A DNA stretch of 64,000 nt, from positions 395 to 64,394 of the forward strand of contig NZ_JAMTDQ010000089.1 of NCBI RefSeq assembly GCF_023806635.1. The letters run 5' to 3'. The position numbers and the translations under genes were made by a program. Below the pieces are notes generated by a model. It did no database searches, was not told the DNA's origin, and worked only from the letters and a program-made list of their open reading frames with translations. This DNA comes from Accumulibacter sp. (GTDB taxonomy: Bacteria > Pseudomonadota > Gammaproteobacteria > Burkholderiales > Rhodocyclaceae). Shown piece after piece: positions 19,474 to 28,345 of this stretch (position 1 is the first letter of the stretch; each line of letters starts with the position of its first letter).

Positions 19474-21093
19474 TCACCCCTCCAAGATCCCCGCCACATT
19501 CGCGGCGATGGTTTGCTCCAGCGTCCGCGCCTGGGCGTTGAGGGTTTCCAGTTCTTCGTTCAGCGCCTGCAACTGTGCCTTGAAGTCCTCGTCGCTCACT
19601 TCCTCGCCTGGGGCCACGCCCACATAGCGGCCGGGGTTGAGCGACCAGCCCTGCGCTTCGATCTCGGCAAGCGTCGCCGCCTTGCACAGGCCGCGGATGT
19701 CGGCGTAGGCGGGCTTCTTGCCGAACACTTCCTTGAGTTTGGCCGCCGTTTCCTCGCCGCCCACGGTCAGGTCGGGCGCCTCGCCGCGATAGAGCCGCAC
19801 CAGGTTGGCGATGAAGCCGATCTGCGCGGGCGTCCAGTCGCGGTGGGCGCGGTCCACCTGCCGGTAGATGTGGCGGGCGTCGATGAACAAGACCGTGTCG
19901 ACGCGATTCGTCTTGGCCTTGCCCCGGTCGAGGAACCACAGCGTGCAGGGCAGCGTCACCGTGTAGAACATGTTGGGGCCGACGGCTACCACCACATCCA
20001 CCGCTCGCGCCTCGATCAGCTTCTGCCGCAGCTCCTGCTCGGAGGAGCGGGCATCGGAGGCCGAGTTGGCCATGACGAAGCCGGCGCGGCCCCTGGCATT
20101 GAGCGCCGAGTAGAAGAGCTGGATCCAGAGGTAGTTGGCGTTGTCGGTCTTGGGCAGGCCGAAGGGGAAGCGGCGGCCGGCGCCGACCATGTCCTTGAGC
20201 CGCTCCTTGTCCACCGCGTTCACGTTGAAGGGCGGATTGGCGAGCACGAAGTCGAAGGCGCCGGTGGCCGCGTGCGGGTCGTCGTAGTAGCTGTTGACGT
20301 TGCCGCCGTGGCGGATGTCGCCCTCCAGCCCGTGTACGGCCAGGTTCAGGCGGGCGAGGCGGCCGGTCTCGTCGGTCTTCTCGACACCGCAGATGGCCAG
20401 CTCGGCGGCCGGGTTCTTGCGGTGCTCGGCCACGAAGCGGGCCGACTGCACGAACATGCCGCCCGAGCCGCAGGCGGGGTCGAGGATGCGGCCGTGGAAG
20501 GGCTCGATCACCTGCGCGAGCAGCTGCACGATGCTGCTCGGGGTGTAGAACTCGCCCCCGCCCTGGCCCTCGCTCATGGCGAATTCGCCGAGGAAGTATT
20601 CGTAGATGCGGCCGAAGGCGTCGAAGTCGAGCGTGGCCGGGATCTCGGAGATCTTCTTCAGCAGCTCCTTGAGCAGGGTGCCGGTGAAGAGGTTGAAGGT
20701 CTTGGGCAGCACGCCGGCGAGCTGCGGGTTGTGCTTCTCCACCTCGCGCATGGCGGCGTTGACCTTGCCGCCGATGTCGGCCGCCTCGGGCAGGGTCAGC
20801 AGGAAGTCGAAGCGTGCCTCGGGGGCGAGGTAGAGCACGTTGTCGGCGTGGTAGGCGGCGGGTTGATCGACGCGGCTGCCACGGCGGGCAGAGGCGCCGG
20901 CCGCTTCGAGCCTGGCCCGCTGCGCTGCAAAGCGCACCTCGGCGAAGCGCAGGAAGATCAGGCCGAGGATGGGGCCGGAGTACTCCTGCGCCTTGAGGCC
21001 GGAGTTGGCGCGGAACTGGTCGGCGGCATCCCACAGGCGCTTCTCGAGCGAGGTGGCGGCGGCGTTTTTTTCAGAAGGGGCTGTCCAGTGCAT
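19474..21093 (-). CDS. hsdM: Type I restriction enzyme M subunit (N6-adenine DNA methyltransferase)
   Basis: 539 aa. HsdM N-domain ([16 protein letters not shown]), SAM motif [11 protein letters not shown], catalytic motif IV NPPFN. Confidence 0.95.
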   Translation of the reverse strand: MHWTAPSEKNAAATSLEKRLWDAADQFRANSGLKAQEYSGPILGLIFLRFAEVRFAAQRARLEAAGASARRGSRVDQPAAYHADNVLYLAPEARFDFLLTLPEAADIGGKVNAAMREVEKHNPQLAGVLPKTFNLFTGTLLKELLKKISEIPATLDFDAFGRIYEYFLGEFAMSEGQGGGEFYTPSSIVQLLAQVIEPFHGRILDPACGSGGMFVQSARFVAEHRKNPAAELAICGVEKTDETGRLARLNLAVHGLEGDIRHGGNVNSYYDDPHAATGAFDFVLANPPFNVNAVDKERLKDMVGAGRRFPFGLPKTDNANYLWIQLFYSALNARGRAGFVMANSASDARSSEQELRQKLIEARAVDVVVAVGPNMFYTVTLPCTLWFLDRGKAKTNRVDTVLFIDARHIYRQVDRAHRDWTPAQIGFIANLVRLYRGEAPDLTVGGEETAAKLKEVFGKKPAYADIRGLCKAATLAEIEAQGWSLNPGRYVGVAPGEEVSDEDFKAQLQALNEELETLNAQARTLEQTIAANVAGILEG

Positions 21094-21255
21094 GGGTCGC
21101 CGTGCAACCGTCTCATCGGGTCAGAACGAATCTCACCACGAAGCGACACGCGCCGCAGTGCGGACAGCGCGCCGACCCGGATGTTCGATTGGCGCGCCAA
21201 CCGGCAGCGTTCGGCGACCGCGGCCGAGGCTCCGGTCGCAACTCGCGGCAGGTGT

Positions 21256-21531
21256 TCATTGCAGGTTGTGCGCCGAGAGCAGGACCACCTTGCCGCCGAG
21301 GAAACCGACGCGGATGCCGCGCTCCGGGGTGCCCCATACGCAGTGGCGCAGACCGATCATTTCGTCGCAGCTGGCCGGATCACCGACGATCTCCCGGACC
21401 TCCTCGTAGGACTGGCCGGTGCGCAGGCGATTGAACTGGTCGAGGCTGACTCTGGGGCTGCACCCCAGGAGCAGCACGCTGAGCGCGGCGACGGCGAGGC
21501 TCCGCTGCGGTGGCCTGCGGCTGCCGCTCAC
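21256..21531 (-). CDS. Small lipoprotein (BamE/SmpA_OmlA- or DUF3862-like)
   Basis: 91 aa. Lipobox LLLGCS. Motif LRTGQSYEEVREIVGDP. Located 33 nt downstream of dnaE on the same strand. Confidence 0.55.
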   Translation of the reverse strand: MSGSRRPPQRSLAVAALSVLLLGCSPRVSLDQFNRLRTGQSYEEVREIVGDPASCDEMIGLRHCVWGTPERGIRVGFLGGKVVLLSAHNLQ

Positions 21532-21564
21532 CGGCGTTCCTCCGGCCGGCCGCCGCTGGTCGTC

Positions 21565-24500
21565 TCAGGCATAGTCCACGCGCACGTTGTCGCTGCTCAG
21601 CCAGTCGCGCAAGGCCTGCAGCAGGCCGTCTTCGAGCCGCACCCGGCTGCTGTCGCCGAGCACCAGCTCGCAGCGTGCTTCGGCATTGTGGTAGCTCAGG
21701 CGAATCGGGCACTCGCCGGGGGTATAGGGCGCCAGCAGGCTGCGCAGCCGCTGCACGGCGTGGCGTGCGTTGTTGCCGCCGGCCTGGCCGTTGAGCGACA
21801 GGTGCAGCTGGCGGGCGAAGCGGCCACGTGCTTCGGCAAGCGTCAGCAGGCGCTCGGCGACGACCTTCACGCGCCCCTCGCCGGCGAAATCGTCGCGCTG
21901 GATCCGCCCTTCGACGACGAGCACCTCGTCCTCCCGGATCTTGACCCGTTCGCTGTCCAGCAACTCGCTGAACACCGAGACCTCGAGCGAGGTGCTGCCG
22001 TCGTCGAGCTGGATGAACGCCATCTTGCCGCGCGCCGTGATCTTGCTGCGCACGGCGACGACCAGTCCGGCGAGGAGCTGGCTCTCCTTGCGCGCCTCGA
22101 GCGCCGCCAGCGGCCGGCGGACGAAGTGCGCGATCTCGCCCTGCACGGCGCGGAAGGGGTGGCCGGAAAAGTAGAAGCCGAGCGCCAGCTTCTCCTCGTT
22201 GAGCTGCTGGCGTTCGTCCCAGCGTGGCGCCTCGACGTACTGCGGCCCTTGCCCGCCGGCCGCGTCGCCGGCGTCGTCGAGGAGGTCGAAGAGGCTGACC
22301 TGCATGGCGTTGCGTTCGGCCTGTTCGGCGGCCTCGATGGCGATGCCGACCGAGGCGAGCAGGCGCGCGCGATGGCTGTCGAGGGTGTCGAAAGCGCCGG
22401 CGCGGATCAGCGCTTCGATCGTCCGCCGGTTGACCAGTCGCCTGTCTACGCGTTGGCAGAAGTCGAACAGGTCCCTGAAAGGGCCGTTGGCGGTGCGGGC
22501 GCGGATGATCGTCGTCACCGCCTGTTCCCCGGTGCCCTTGACGGCGCCGAGGCCGTAGCGGACGGTCTGGCGGTCGACCGGGGTGAAGCGGAATTCGGAG
22601 GCGTTGACGTCCGGGCCGAGGATCGTCAGTCCGTTGGCGATCGCGTCATCGTGGAAGATCTTGACGGTGTCGGTGAGGTCCATTTCGGACGACAGCGTCG
22701 CCGCCATGAAGGCGGCGCAGTGGTGCGCCTTGAGCCATGCCGTGTGGTAGGTGACGACGGCGTAGGCGGCGGTGTGCGACTTGTTGAAGCCGTACTCGGC
22801 GAACTTCTCCATCAGGTCGAAGAGCTGCATCGCCAGCTTCTCGTCGTGGCCCTTCCTGCGCGCGCCTTCGCGCATCAGGTCCCGGTGCAGCGCCATCTCC
22901 TCGGCCTTCTTCTTGCCCATCGCCCGGCGCAGCAGGTCGGCGGCGCCGAGCGTGTAGCCGCCGATGATCTGCGCGATCTGCATCACCTGTTCCTGATAGA
23001 CGATGACGCCGTAGGTCGGTTCGAGACAGGCCTTGAGATCGTCGATGTAGTAATCGATCTTCTGCTGCCCCTTCTTGCGCAGGATGAAGTCGTCGACCAT
23101 GCCGGAACCGAGCGGGCCCGGGCGATAGAGCGCGAGGACGGCGATGATGTCCTCGAAGCGATCCGGCGCCAGCTTGCGGACGAGCTTCTTCATGCCCTCG
23201 GATTCGACCTGGAAGATCGCCGTCGTGTTGCCGTCCTTGAGAACCTGGTAGGCCTTCGGGTCGTCGAAGGCCAGCGTGGCGAGGTCGGGGCGTTCGCCGC
23301 TGAGTCTCTCGACATATTGCAATGCCAGCTCGATGATCGTCAGGTTGCGCAGGCCGAGGAAGTCGAACTTGACCAGCCCGATCTTCTCGACATCGTCCTT
23401 GTCGAACTGCGACACCACCGAACCGCCGCCATCGGCCGAGTACACCGGGCAGAAGTCGCTCAGCTTGCCGGGGGCGATGAGGACACCGCCGGCGTGCATG
23501 CCGACGTTGCGCGTCAGGTCCTCGAGGCGGCCGGCGAGATCGAAGAGCTGCCGCACTTCCTCCTCGCCGTCGATCCGGGCCTGCAATTGCGGTTCGGCGG
23601 CGAGCGCCTTGGCCAGCGAGAGCGGCTTGTTGGTCTCGACCGGGATCAGCTTCGACAACTGGTCACAGAAGTTGTACGGCAGGTCGAGTACGCGGCCGAC
23701 GTCACGAATCACCGCCTTCGACGACATGGTGCCGAAGGTGACGATCTGCGCGACCGCCGCGCTGCCGTACTTCTGGCGGACGTACTCGATGACCCGCCAG
23801 CGGTTGTCCTGGCAGAAATCGATGTCGAAGTCGGGCATCGACACCCGCTCGGGGTTGAGGAAGCGCTCGAAGAGCAGCGCGTAGCGCAGCGGATCGAGGT
23901 CGGTTATGCCGAGTGCGTAGGCAACCACCGAGCCGGCGCCCGAGCCGCGTCCAGGGCCGACCGGACAGCCGTTGCGTTTCGCCCAGTTGATGAAGTCGGC
24001 GACGATCAGGAAGTAGCCCGGGAATCCCATCTGGACGATGGTGTCGGCCTCGAGCTGCAGGCGGGCATCGTACGGCGGGCGTTCGGCCTGGCGCACCGCG
24101 GCGTCGGGGAAGAGTTGCCGCAGGCGCTGCTCGAGCCCCGCCTCGGCCTCCTGGCGCAGGTAGTCGGCAAGCGTCATGCCCGGCGGCGTCGGGAAATCCG
24201 GCAGGTAGCTCTTGCCGAGGGTGAGCTGCAGGTTGCAGCGCTTGGCGATCTCGACCGAGTTGGCGAGCGCCGCCGGGTGGTCGGCAAACAGTTCGACCAT
24301 CTCCGCGCTGCTCTTGAAATACTGCTCTTCGCTGTACAGGCGCGGGCGGCGTGCGTCGCCGAGCATGTAGCCTTCGGCGATGCAGACGCGCGCCTCGTGC
24401 GCGGTGAAGTCCTCGCGGTCGAGAAACTGGATCGGGTGCGTGGCGACCAGCGGCAGCCCGAGTTCCGCCGCCAGGTCGGCGGTTGCCGCAACCAGCGACT

Positions 24501-25038
24501 CCGCCTGCGGCATCCCGGGGCGCTGTACCTCGAGGTAGAAGGCGTCGCCGAACAGTTCACCCCACTGCCGGGCGCGCAGCACCGCCTGGTCGCGGTTGCC
24601 CTGCAGGAGGGCTTCGCCGACATCGCCGCCGGCGGCGCCGGAGAGCGCGATCAGTCCGTCGACGCCGACCTCGCGCAGCATCCGGCGGCTGACCTCGGCC
24701 CGGCCGCGCACGCGCGGCGCCAGGTAGGCGCGCGACAGCAGCTCGCAGAGCTGCAGGTAGCCGCGCGGCGAGCGGCAGAGCACGAGCAGGCGATGCGGCC
24801 GATCGGCATCGGCCTCGTTGGCGATGAACAGGTCGCAGCCGAACAGCGGCTTGATCCCCTTGCTGCGTGCGGCCGAGTGGAACTTGACGAGGGCAAAGAC
24901 GTTGGCCAGGTCGGTCAGCGCCAGGGCCGGCATGCCGCAGGCGGCGGCGCGGGCGACGGCGGCGTCGAGGCGGACGATGCCGTCGGTGATCGAGTATTCG
25001 CTGTGCAGGCGAAGGTGGATGTACGGCGTCTCGGACAT
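21565..25038 (-). CDS. dnaE: DNA polymerase III alpha subunit
   Basis: 1157 aa. PHP domain start MSETPYIHLRLHSEYSITDG, the polymerase core (PDFDIDF, GLLKxDFLGLRNLT-like FDFLGLRNLTII), and an OB fold at the C-terminus. Confidence 0.97.
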   Translation of the reverse strand: MSETPYIHLRLHSEYSITDGIVRLDAAVARAAACGMPALALTDLANVFALVKFHSAARSKGIKPLFGCDLFIANEADADRPHRLLVLCRSPRGYLQLCELLSRAYLAPRVRGRAEVSRRMLREVGVDGLIALSGAAGGDVGEALLQGNRDQAVLRARQWGELFGDAFYLEVQRPGMPQAESLVAATADLAAELGLPLVATHPIQFLDREDFTAHEARVCIAEGYMLGDARRPRLYSEEQYFKSSAEMVELFADHPAALANSVEIAKRCNLQLTLGKSYLPDFPTPPGMTLADYLRQEAEAGLEQRLRQLFPDAAVRQAERPPYDARLQLEADTIVQMGFPGYFLIVADFINWAKRNGCPVGPGRGSGAGSVVAYALGITDLDPLRYALLFERFLNPERVSMPDFDIDFCQDNRWRVIEYVRQKYGSAAVAQIVTFGTMSSKAVIRDVGRVLDLPYNFCDQLSKLIPVETNKPLSLAKALAAEPQLQARIDGEEEVRQLFDLAGRLEDLTRNVGMHAGGVLIAPGKLSDFCPVYSADGGGSVVSQFDKDDVEKIGLVKFDFLGLRNLTIIELALQYVERLSGERPDLATLAFDDPKAYQVLKDGNTTAIFQVESEGMKKLVRKLAPDRFEDIIAVLALYRPGPLGSGMVDDFILRKKGQQKIDYYIDDLKACLEPTYGVIVYQEQVMQIAQIIGGYTLGAADLLRRAMGKKKAEEMALHRDLMREGARRKGHDEKLAMQLFDLMEKFAEYGFNKSHTAAYAVVTYHTAWLKAHHCAAFMAATLSSEMDLTDTVKIFHDDAIANGLTILGPDVNASEFRFTPVDRQTVRYGLGAVKGTGEQAVTTIIRARTANGPFRDLFDFCQRVDRRLVNRRTIEALIRAGAFDTLDSHRARLLASVGIAIEAAEQAERNAMQVSLFDLLDDAGDAAGGQGPQYVEAPRWDERQQLNEEKLALGFYFSGHPFRAVQGEIAHFVRRPLAALEARKESQLLAGLVVAVRSKITARGKMAFIQLDDGSTSLEVSVFSELLDSERVKIREDEVLVVEGRIQRDDFAGEGRVKVVAERLLTLAEARGRFARQLHLSLNGQAGGNNARHAVQRLRSLLAPYTPGECPIRLSYHNAEARCELVLGDSSRVRLEDGLLQALRDWLSSDNVRVDYA

Positions 25039-25165
25039 GGGCGCATTCTACCCCGGGGCGCCCGGCAGAAGGCGCCATGCGGCGGCGACGGCGACGAACC
25101 GCGGGCCAGCGCCCCTTCCGCGGCGTGCGGCCGGCGGCGGCCCCGGAGCGATCCGGGGCCGGGCC

Positions 25166-25789
25166 TCAGCTATCGACCCAGTCGATGATCGGCTGCCACT
25201 GCTCGAGGTCCTTTGCCGCGCGTGATGCCGACAGGTCGAACATGGTCATGCCGTGCATCGTCGTCTGGACGTAGAGCTGCGTCGTGCGCAGGTGGGTCAG
25301 CACCGGCAGATCGTAGCGGGCGAGAAAGCGTTCGAGTTCGGCGGCGGCACGGGTGCGCGGATCGACGCGCATGCCGACGACGGCGACGAAGGCCTGTTCG
25401 TTGCGCACCGCCTTTTCCTCCAGCAGCACGTCGAGGAAGTGGCGGGTGGCGAGGATGTCGAAGAGCGAGGGCGACACCGGCACCAGGACCCGGTTGACCT
25501 GCTTGACGACCGTGTCGAGTGCCTTGCCGTGGAGGCCGGCGGGCGTGTCGAGAATGACGTGCGTCGTACCTTTCGGCGGCTTGGCCGTCTTGCCGGGCTC
25601 GATCTCCCAGCTGCGGATGCTGGGCAGCAGCGACGGTCGCAGCTGCAGCCACTCGCGCGACGACTGCTGGCGATCGACGTCGCCGAGCATCACGCGATGA
25701 CCCTTGCGTGCGAGATGGCCGGCGAGATTGATCGCCAGCGTCGACTTGCCCGAACCCCCCTTTGGATTGGCAATCAGAAAGGATTTCAT
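25166..25789 (-). CDS. Orphan ParA/MinD-like ATPase (about 207 aa)
   Basis: Deviant Walker A IANPKGGSGKSTLAINLA. The start overlaps the stop of the upstream TAXI gene (ATGA at 25786-25789). No parB or parS was recognised nearby. Confidence 0.8.
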   Translation of the reverse strand: MKSFLIANPKGGSGKSTLAINLAGHLARKGHRVMLGDVDRQQSSREWLQLRPSLLPSIRSWEIEPGKTAKPPKGTTHVILDTPAGLHGKALDTVVKQVNRVLVPVSPSLFDILATRHFLDVLLEEKAVRNEQAFVAVVGMRVDPRTRAAAELERFLARYDLPVLTHLRTTQLYVQTTMHGMTMFDLSASRAAKDLEQWQPIIDWVDS

Positions 25790-27141
25790 CGCTTTTCGTC
25801 TCCGTTCTCGTTCTTGTGGTTCCCGGCGGCGAGCCTGTCAAGCTCGTTGCGCACCAGGTTGATGTGCTCGCGCAAAGTGTAAAGCAGATCGCTGAACGCG
25901 AGCGGGATCTTGAGTCTGCTCGCCGTGTCCTCGATGGTCTGCAACTGGCGCGCGTACTCGGCGTGTCGCGCCGGGTCGTCATTCCGGCGCAACTCGTTCT
26001 CGAGCAGCTTGAGGTCGCCGTAGCAGCGGACGATCTTCGAACGGACGCGCCAGCTGTAGATCGCCGGCGCGAACTTGAGCAGCGGCAGCAGCAGCATGAC
26101 CAACGGCAGGATCATGACGAACAGGCGTTCGACCAGCACCGCCACCCAGAAAGGCAGGTAGCGCTGCAGGAAGGGTGGTCCGGACTTGTAGAAGCGCTCG
26201 GCTTCGGGCGACAGCGCGAAGCTGCGATCGCGGTAGGCGGGAAACTCGCCGGCCCGCTGGAAGAAGCCACCCTTGCCGTTGACTTCGGTCATCGCCTGCA
26301 GCAGCAGGCTGGCCAGCGCCGGGTGCAGGTCGTCGCGGACGATGACGTTGGCGGTGGTCGCCAGCAGGACCGTATCTCGCGGTGGCAGGTCGCGGACGAG
26401 GTTGACGACGCCGCGCGGCAGGACGATCTTCGACAGGAAGGGGAACAGCCGCAGGTAGGCATCGGCCTGGCTGAAGCTGACGACGCGCAGGCCGGGCGAG
26501 CGCAGCATCACCTGCACGACGGGTGCTTCCTGGGCGGCGACGATGAAGGCGGCATCGATCTCCTCGCGCTGCAGGGCCTCGGCTGCACCCAGTCCGGCCA
26601 GCGGCAGCAGGTTGGGGCTGTCGCTCCTGATGTCGTTGGCGGCCAGCAGTTGCAGCGCCAGGCCGCGGATGCCGCTGCCATCCTCGCCGACGGCGATGCG
26701 GCGGCCGTCGAGTTGATAGAGCTTGTCCACGCGTGCTTCGCCGCGGTAGAACACCCACACCGGTTCGTAGGCGACGCTGCCCAGCGAGCGTAGCGGCCCC
26801 GGCTCGTCCTCGTCTTCGCCGGTCGGCCGGGCGACCACTCCGCCCTGGACGAACGCGACCTCGGCTTCGCCGTTCTCCAGGCGCCGGATGTTCTCGTGGG
26901 AACCGGCCGAGGTCCTGATGTCGAGGGTGATTCCCTTGCTGGCCAGGATGGCGGCATAGCGCTGCGCATAGGCATGGTAGGCGCCGGCTTCACTGCCGGT
27001 GCTGATCGTGATCCGCCGCGGCGGCTCGGGGGCGACGAACTGGTAGGCGACGACCAGGCCGATGGCGGTGATCAGGATGATCGGCCAGGCCGTCGCCAGC
27101 ATGAAGCGCAGCGCGACGAGGCGTGCGCGCAGGCGCTCCAT
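25786..27141 (-). CDS. TAXI-family TRAP-type solute-binding protein fused to a C-terminal membrane/coiled-coil region
   Basis: ATG at 27141 (MERLRARLVALRFMLATAWPIILITAIGLVVAY). TAXI core (ISTGSEAGAYHAYAQRYAAIL...ENGEAEVAFVQGG). C-terminal TMs (LPFWVAVLVERLFVMILPLVMLLLPLL), then a charged helix. Confidence 0.7.
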   Translation of the reverse strand: MERLRARLVALRFMLATAWPIILITAIGLVVAYQFVAPEPPRRITISTGSEAGAYHAYAQRYAAILASKGITLDIRTSAGSHENIRRLENGEAEVAFVQGGVVARPTGEDEDEPGPLRSLGSVAYEPVWVFYRGEARVDKLYQLDGRRIAVGEDGSGIRGLALQLLAANDIRSDSPNLLPLAGLGAAEALQREEIDAAFIVAAQEAPVVQVMLRSPGLRVVSFSQADAYLRLFPFLSKIVLPRGVVNLVRDLPPRDTVLLATTANVIVRDDLHPALASLLLQAMTEVNGKGGFFQRAGEFPAYRDRSFALSPEAERFYKSGPPFLQRYLPFWVAVLVERLFVMILPLVMLLLPLLKFAPAIYSWRVRSKIVRCYGDLKLLENELRRNDDPARHAEYARQLQTIEDTASRLKIPLAFSDLLYTLREHINLVRNELDRLAAGNHKNENGDEKR

Positions 27142-28115
27142 CAGGGCAGGAGGACCGTCGACCCGGTGTGCCTGCGCGCTTCGAGGTCGCGGTGGGCGCT
27201 GGCGACGTCGGCCAGCGGGTAGGTCTGGTTGATTTCCACCCTGAGCTTGCCACTGGCGAAGACCGCGAAGAGATCGGCGCCGAGGGCGAGCAGGTCCTCG
27301 CGCCGCGCCGTGTAATGCATCAGCGTCGGTCGGGTGAGGAAGAGCGAGCCCTTCTGTGACAGCAGCAGCGGGTCGAACGCCGGCACCGGGCCGGATGCAT
27401 TGCCGAAGCTGACCATCATGCCGCAGGTGCGCAGGCAGTCGAGCGAGCCGGCGAAGGTGTCCTTGCCGACGCCGTCGTACACCACGGCGACCCCCTCGCC
27501 AGCGGTGATCTCGCGCACCCGCCGCGGGAAGTCCTCGCGCGTGTAGTCGATCACGTGGTCGCAGCCGTGGGCGGCAGCGAGCGCGGCCTTGGCCTCGTTC
27601 GAGACGGTGCCGATGACGGTGGCGCCGAGCGCCTTCGCCCATTGGCAGGCAAGCAGGCCGACGCCGCCGGCGGCGGCATGGATCAGTACGGCATCACCGG
27701 CCTGCACGCGATAGGTGCGGCGCAGCAGGTAGGCGCTGGTCAGTCCCTGCAGCATCATCGCCGCCGCGGGCATGAAGTCGATCGCTTCCGGCAGCTTCAG
27801 CAGGCGGTCGGCGGGCAGGCAGCGGACTTGGCTGTAGGCGCCGACCGGGCCACCGGCGTAAGCGACGCGATCGCCGGGCGAGAAGTCGCTGACCGCGCTG
27901 CCGACCGCTTCGACGACGCCGGCTGCCTCGAGGCCGAGACCGTTCGGCAGCTGCAGCGGGTAGAGGCCGCTGCGGTGGTAGATGTCGATGTAGTTGAGGC
28001 CGACCGCCCGCTGGCGGACGCGCACTTCAGCGGGCTGCGGATCGCCGACCGCGACTTCTTCCCAGGACATGACCTCGGGGCCACCGGTGCGATGGATGCG
28101 AATGGCGAATGGCAT
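27141..28115 (-). CDS. qor: NADPH:quinone oxidoreductase (zeta-crystallin/MDR family)
   Basis: 324 aa. Contains GGPEVMSWEEVAVGDPQPAEVRVRQRAVGLNYIDIYHRSGLYP and the Rossmann motif AAAGGVG. The stop overlaps the TAXI gene start (ATGA). Confidence 0.85.
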   Translation of the reverse strand: MPFAIRIHRTGGPEVMSWEEVAVGDPQPAEVRVRQRAVGLNYIDIYHRSGLYPLQLPNGLGLEAAGVVEAVGSAVSDFSPGDRVAYAGGPVGAYSQVRCLPADRLLKLPEAIDFMPAAAMMLQGLTSAYLLRRTYRVQAGDAVLIHAAAGGVGLLACQWAKALGATVIGTVSNEAKAALAAAHGCDHVIDYTREDFPRRVREITAGEGVAVVYDGVGKDTFAGSLDCLRTCGMMVSFGNASGPVPAFDPLLLSQKGSLFLTRPTLMHYTARREDLLALGADLFAVFASGKLRVEINQTYPLADVASAHRDLEARRHTGSTVLLP

Positions 28116-28345
28116 GAAAGTCTCCTCAGCGTGGCGAACGCGACAGTCTAGTGCGCCGCCCGCTTCTTAGGCAAGCACTGAAAGTCCTTTGTGCGTTGCC
28201 ACTTGCAGCGTTTCCCAGGCAGTGGTGCACAGCTTTTTCCACAGGATCGGGGGTAAAAGCGCTTGCGACGCGGCGCGCGGTCTGCTGCTTCGCGTCCGGC
28301 ATCCCGCCTGCCGGTGAAGCCTGTCGCACGCGCTTGCCGGGGAAC

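Larger units (their letters stand above)
13997..21093 (-). other. Type I restriction-modification cassette hsdM-hsdS-(DUF1016 nuclease)-hsdR
   Basis: Four same-strand genes that abut or overlap (2-nt gap, 8-nt overlap, ATGA overlap). The flanks are core genes (amtB, dnaE operon). No integrase, tRNA or flanking direct repeats were seen. Confidence 0.9.

Noticed and set aside
13809-21255. Classical mobile genomic island (integrase, tRNA target, att direct repeats) around the R-M cassette.
   Set aside because: No integrase or transposase ORF, no tRNA, and no direct repeats between 13809-13996 and 21094-21255 were detectable by eye. I report it only as an accessory cassette.
19372-25188. Very long alternate-strand or alternate-frame ORFs. 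Examples are 1938 aa at 19372..25188 (+), 929 aa at 28151..30940 (+), 711 aa at 15296..17431 (+), 485 aa at 200..1657 (-) and 802 aa at 59836..62244 (+) upstream of the SCO1 start.
   Set aside because: They lie antisense to, or out of frame with, confidently recognised genes (dnaE, hsdM, uvrD, hsdR, mltA, rlmI). They are Arg/Ala/Gly/Pro-rich with no motifs. This is the usual stop-codon-poor shadow ORF of a high-GC genome.
28116-28345. Possible sRNA or terminator in the 230-bp qor/uvrD spacer (imperfect hairpin CCACTTGC..GCAGTGG followed some distance later by TTTTT).
   Set aside because: The stem is bulged, and the T-run is 9 nt away and on the strand that carries no upstream gene. On the - strand there is no U-run. 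Too weak to call.
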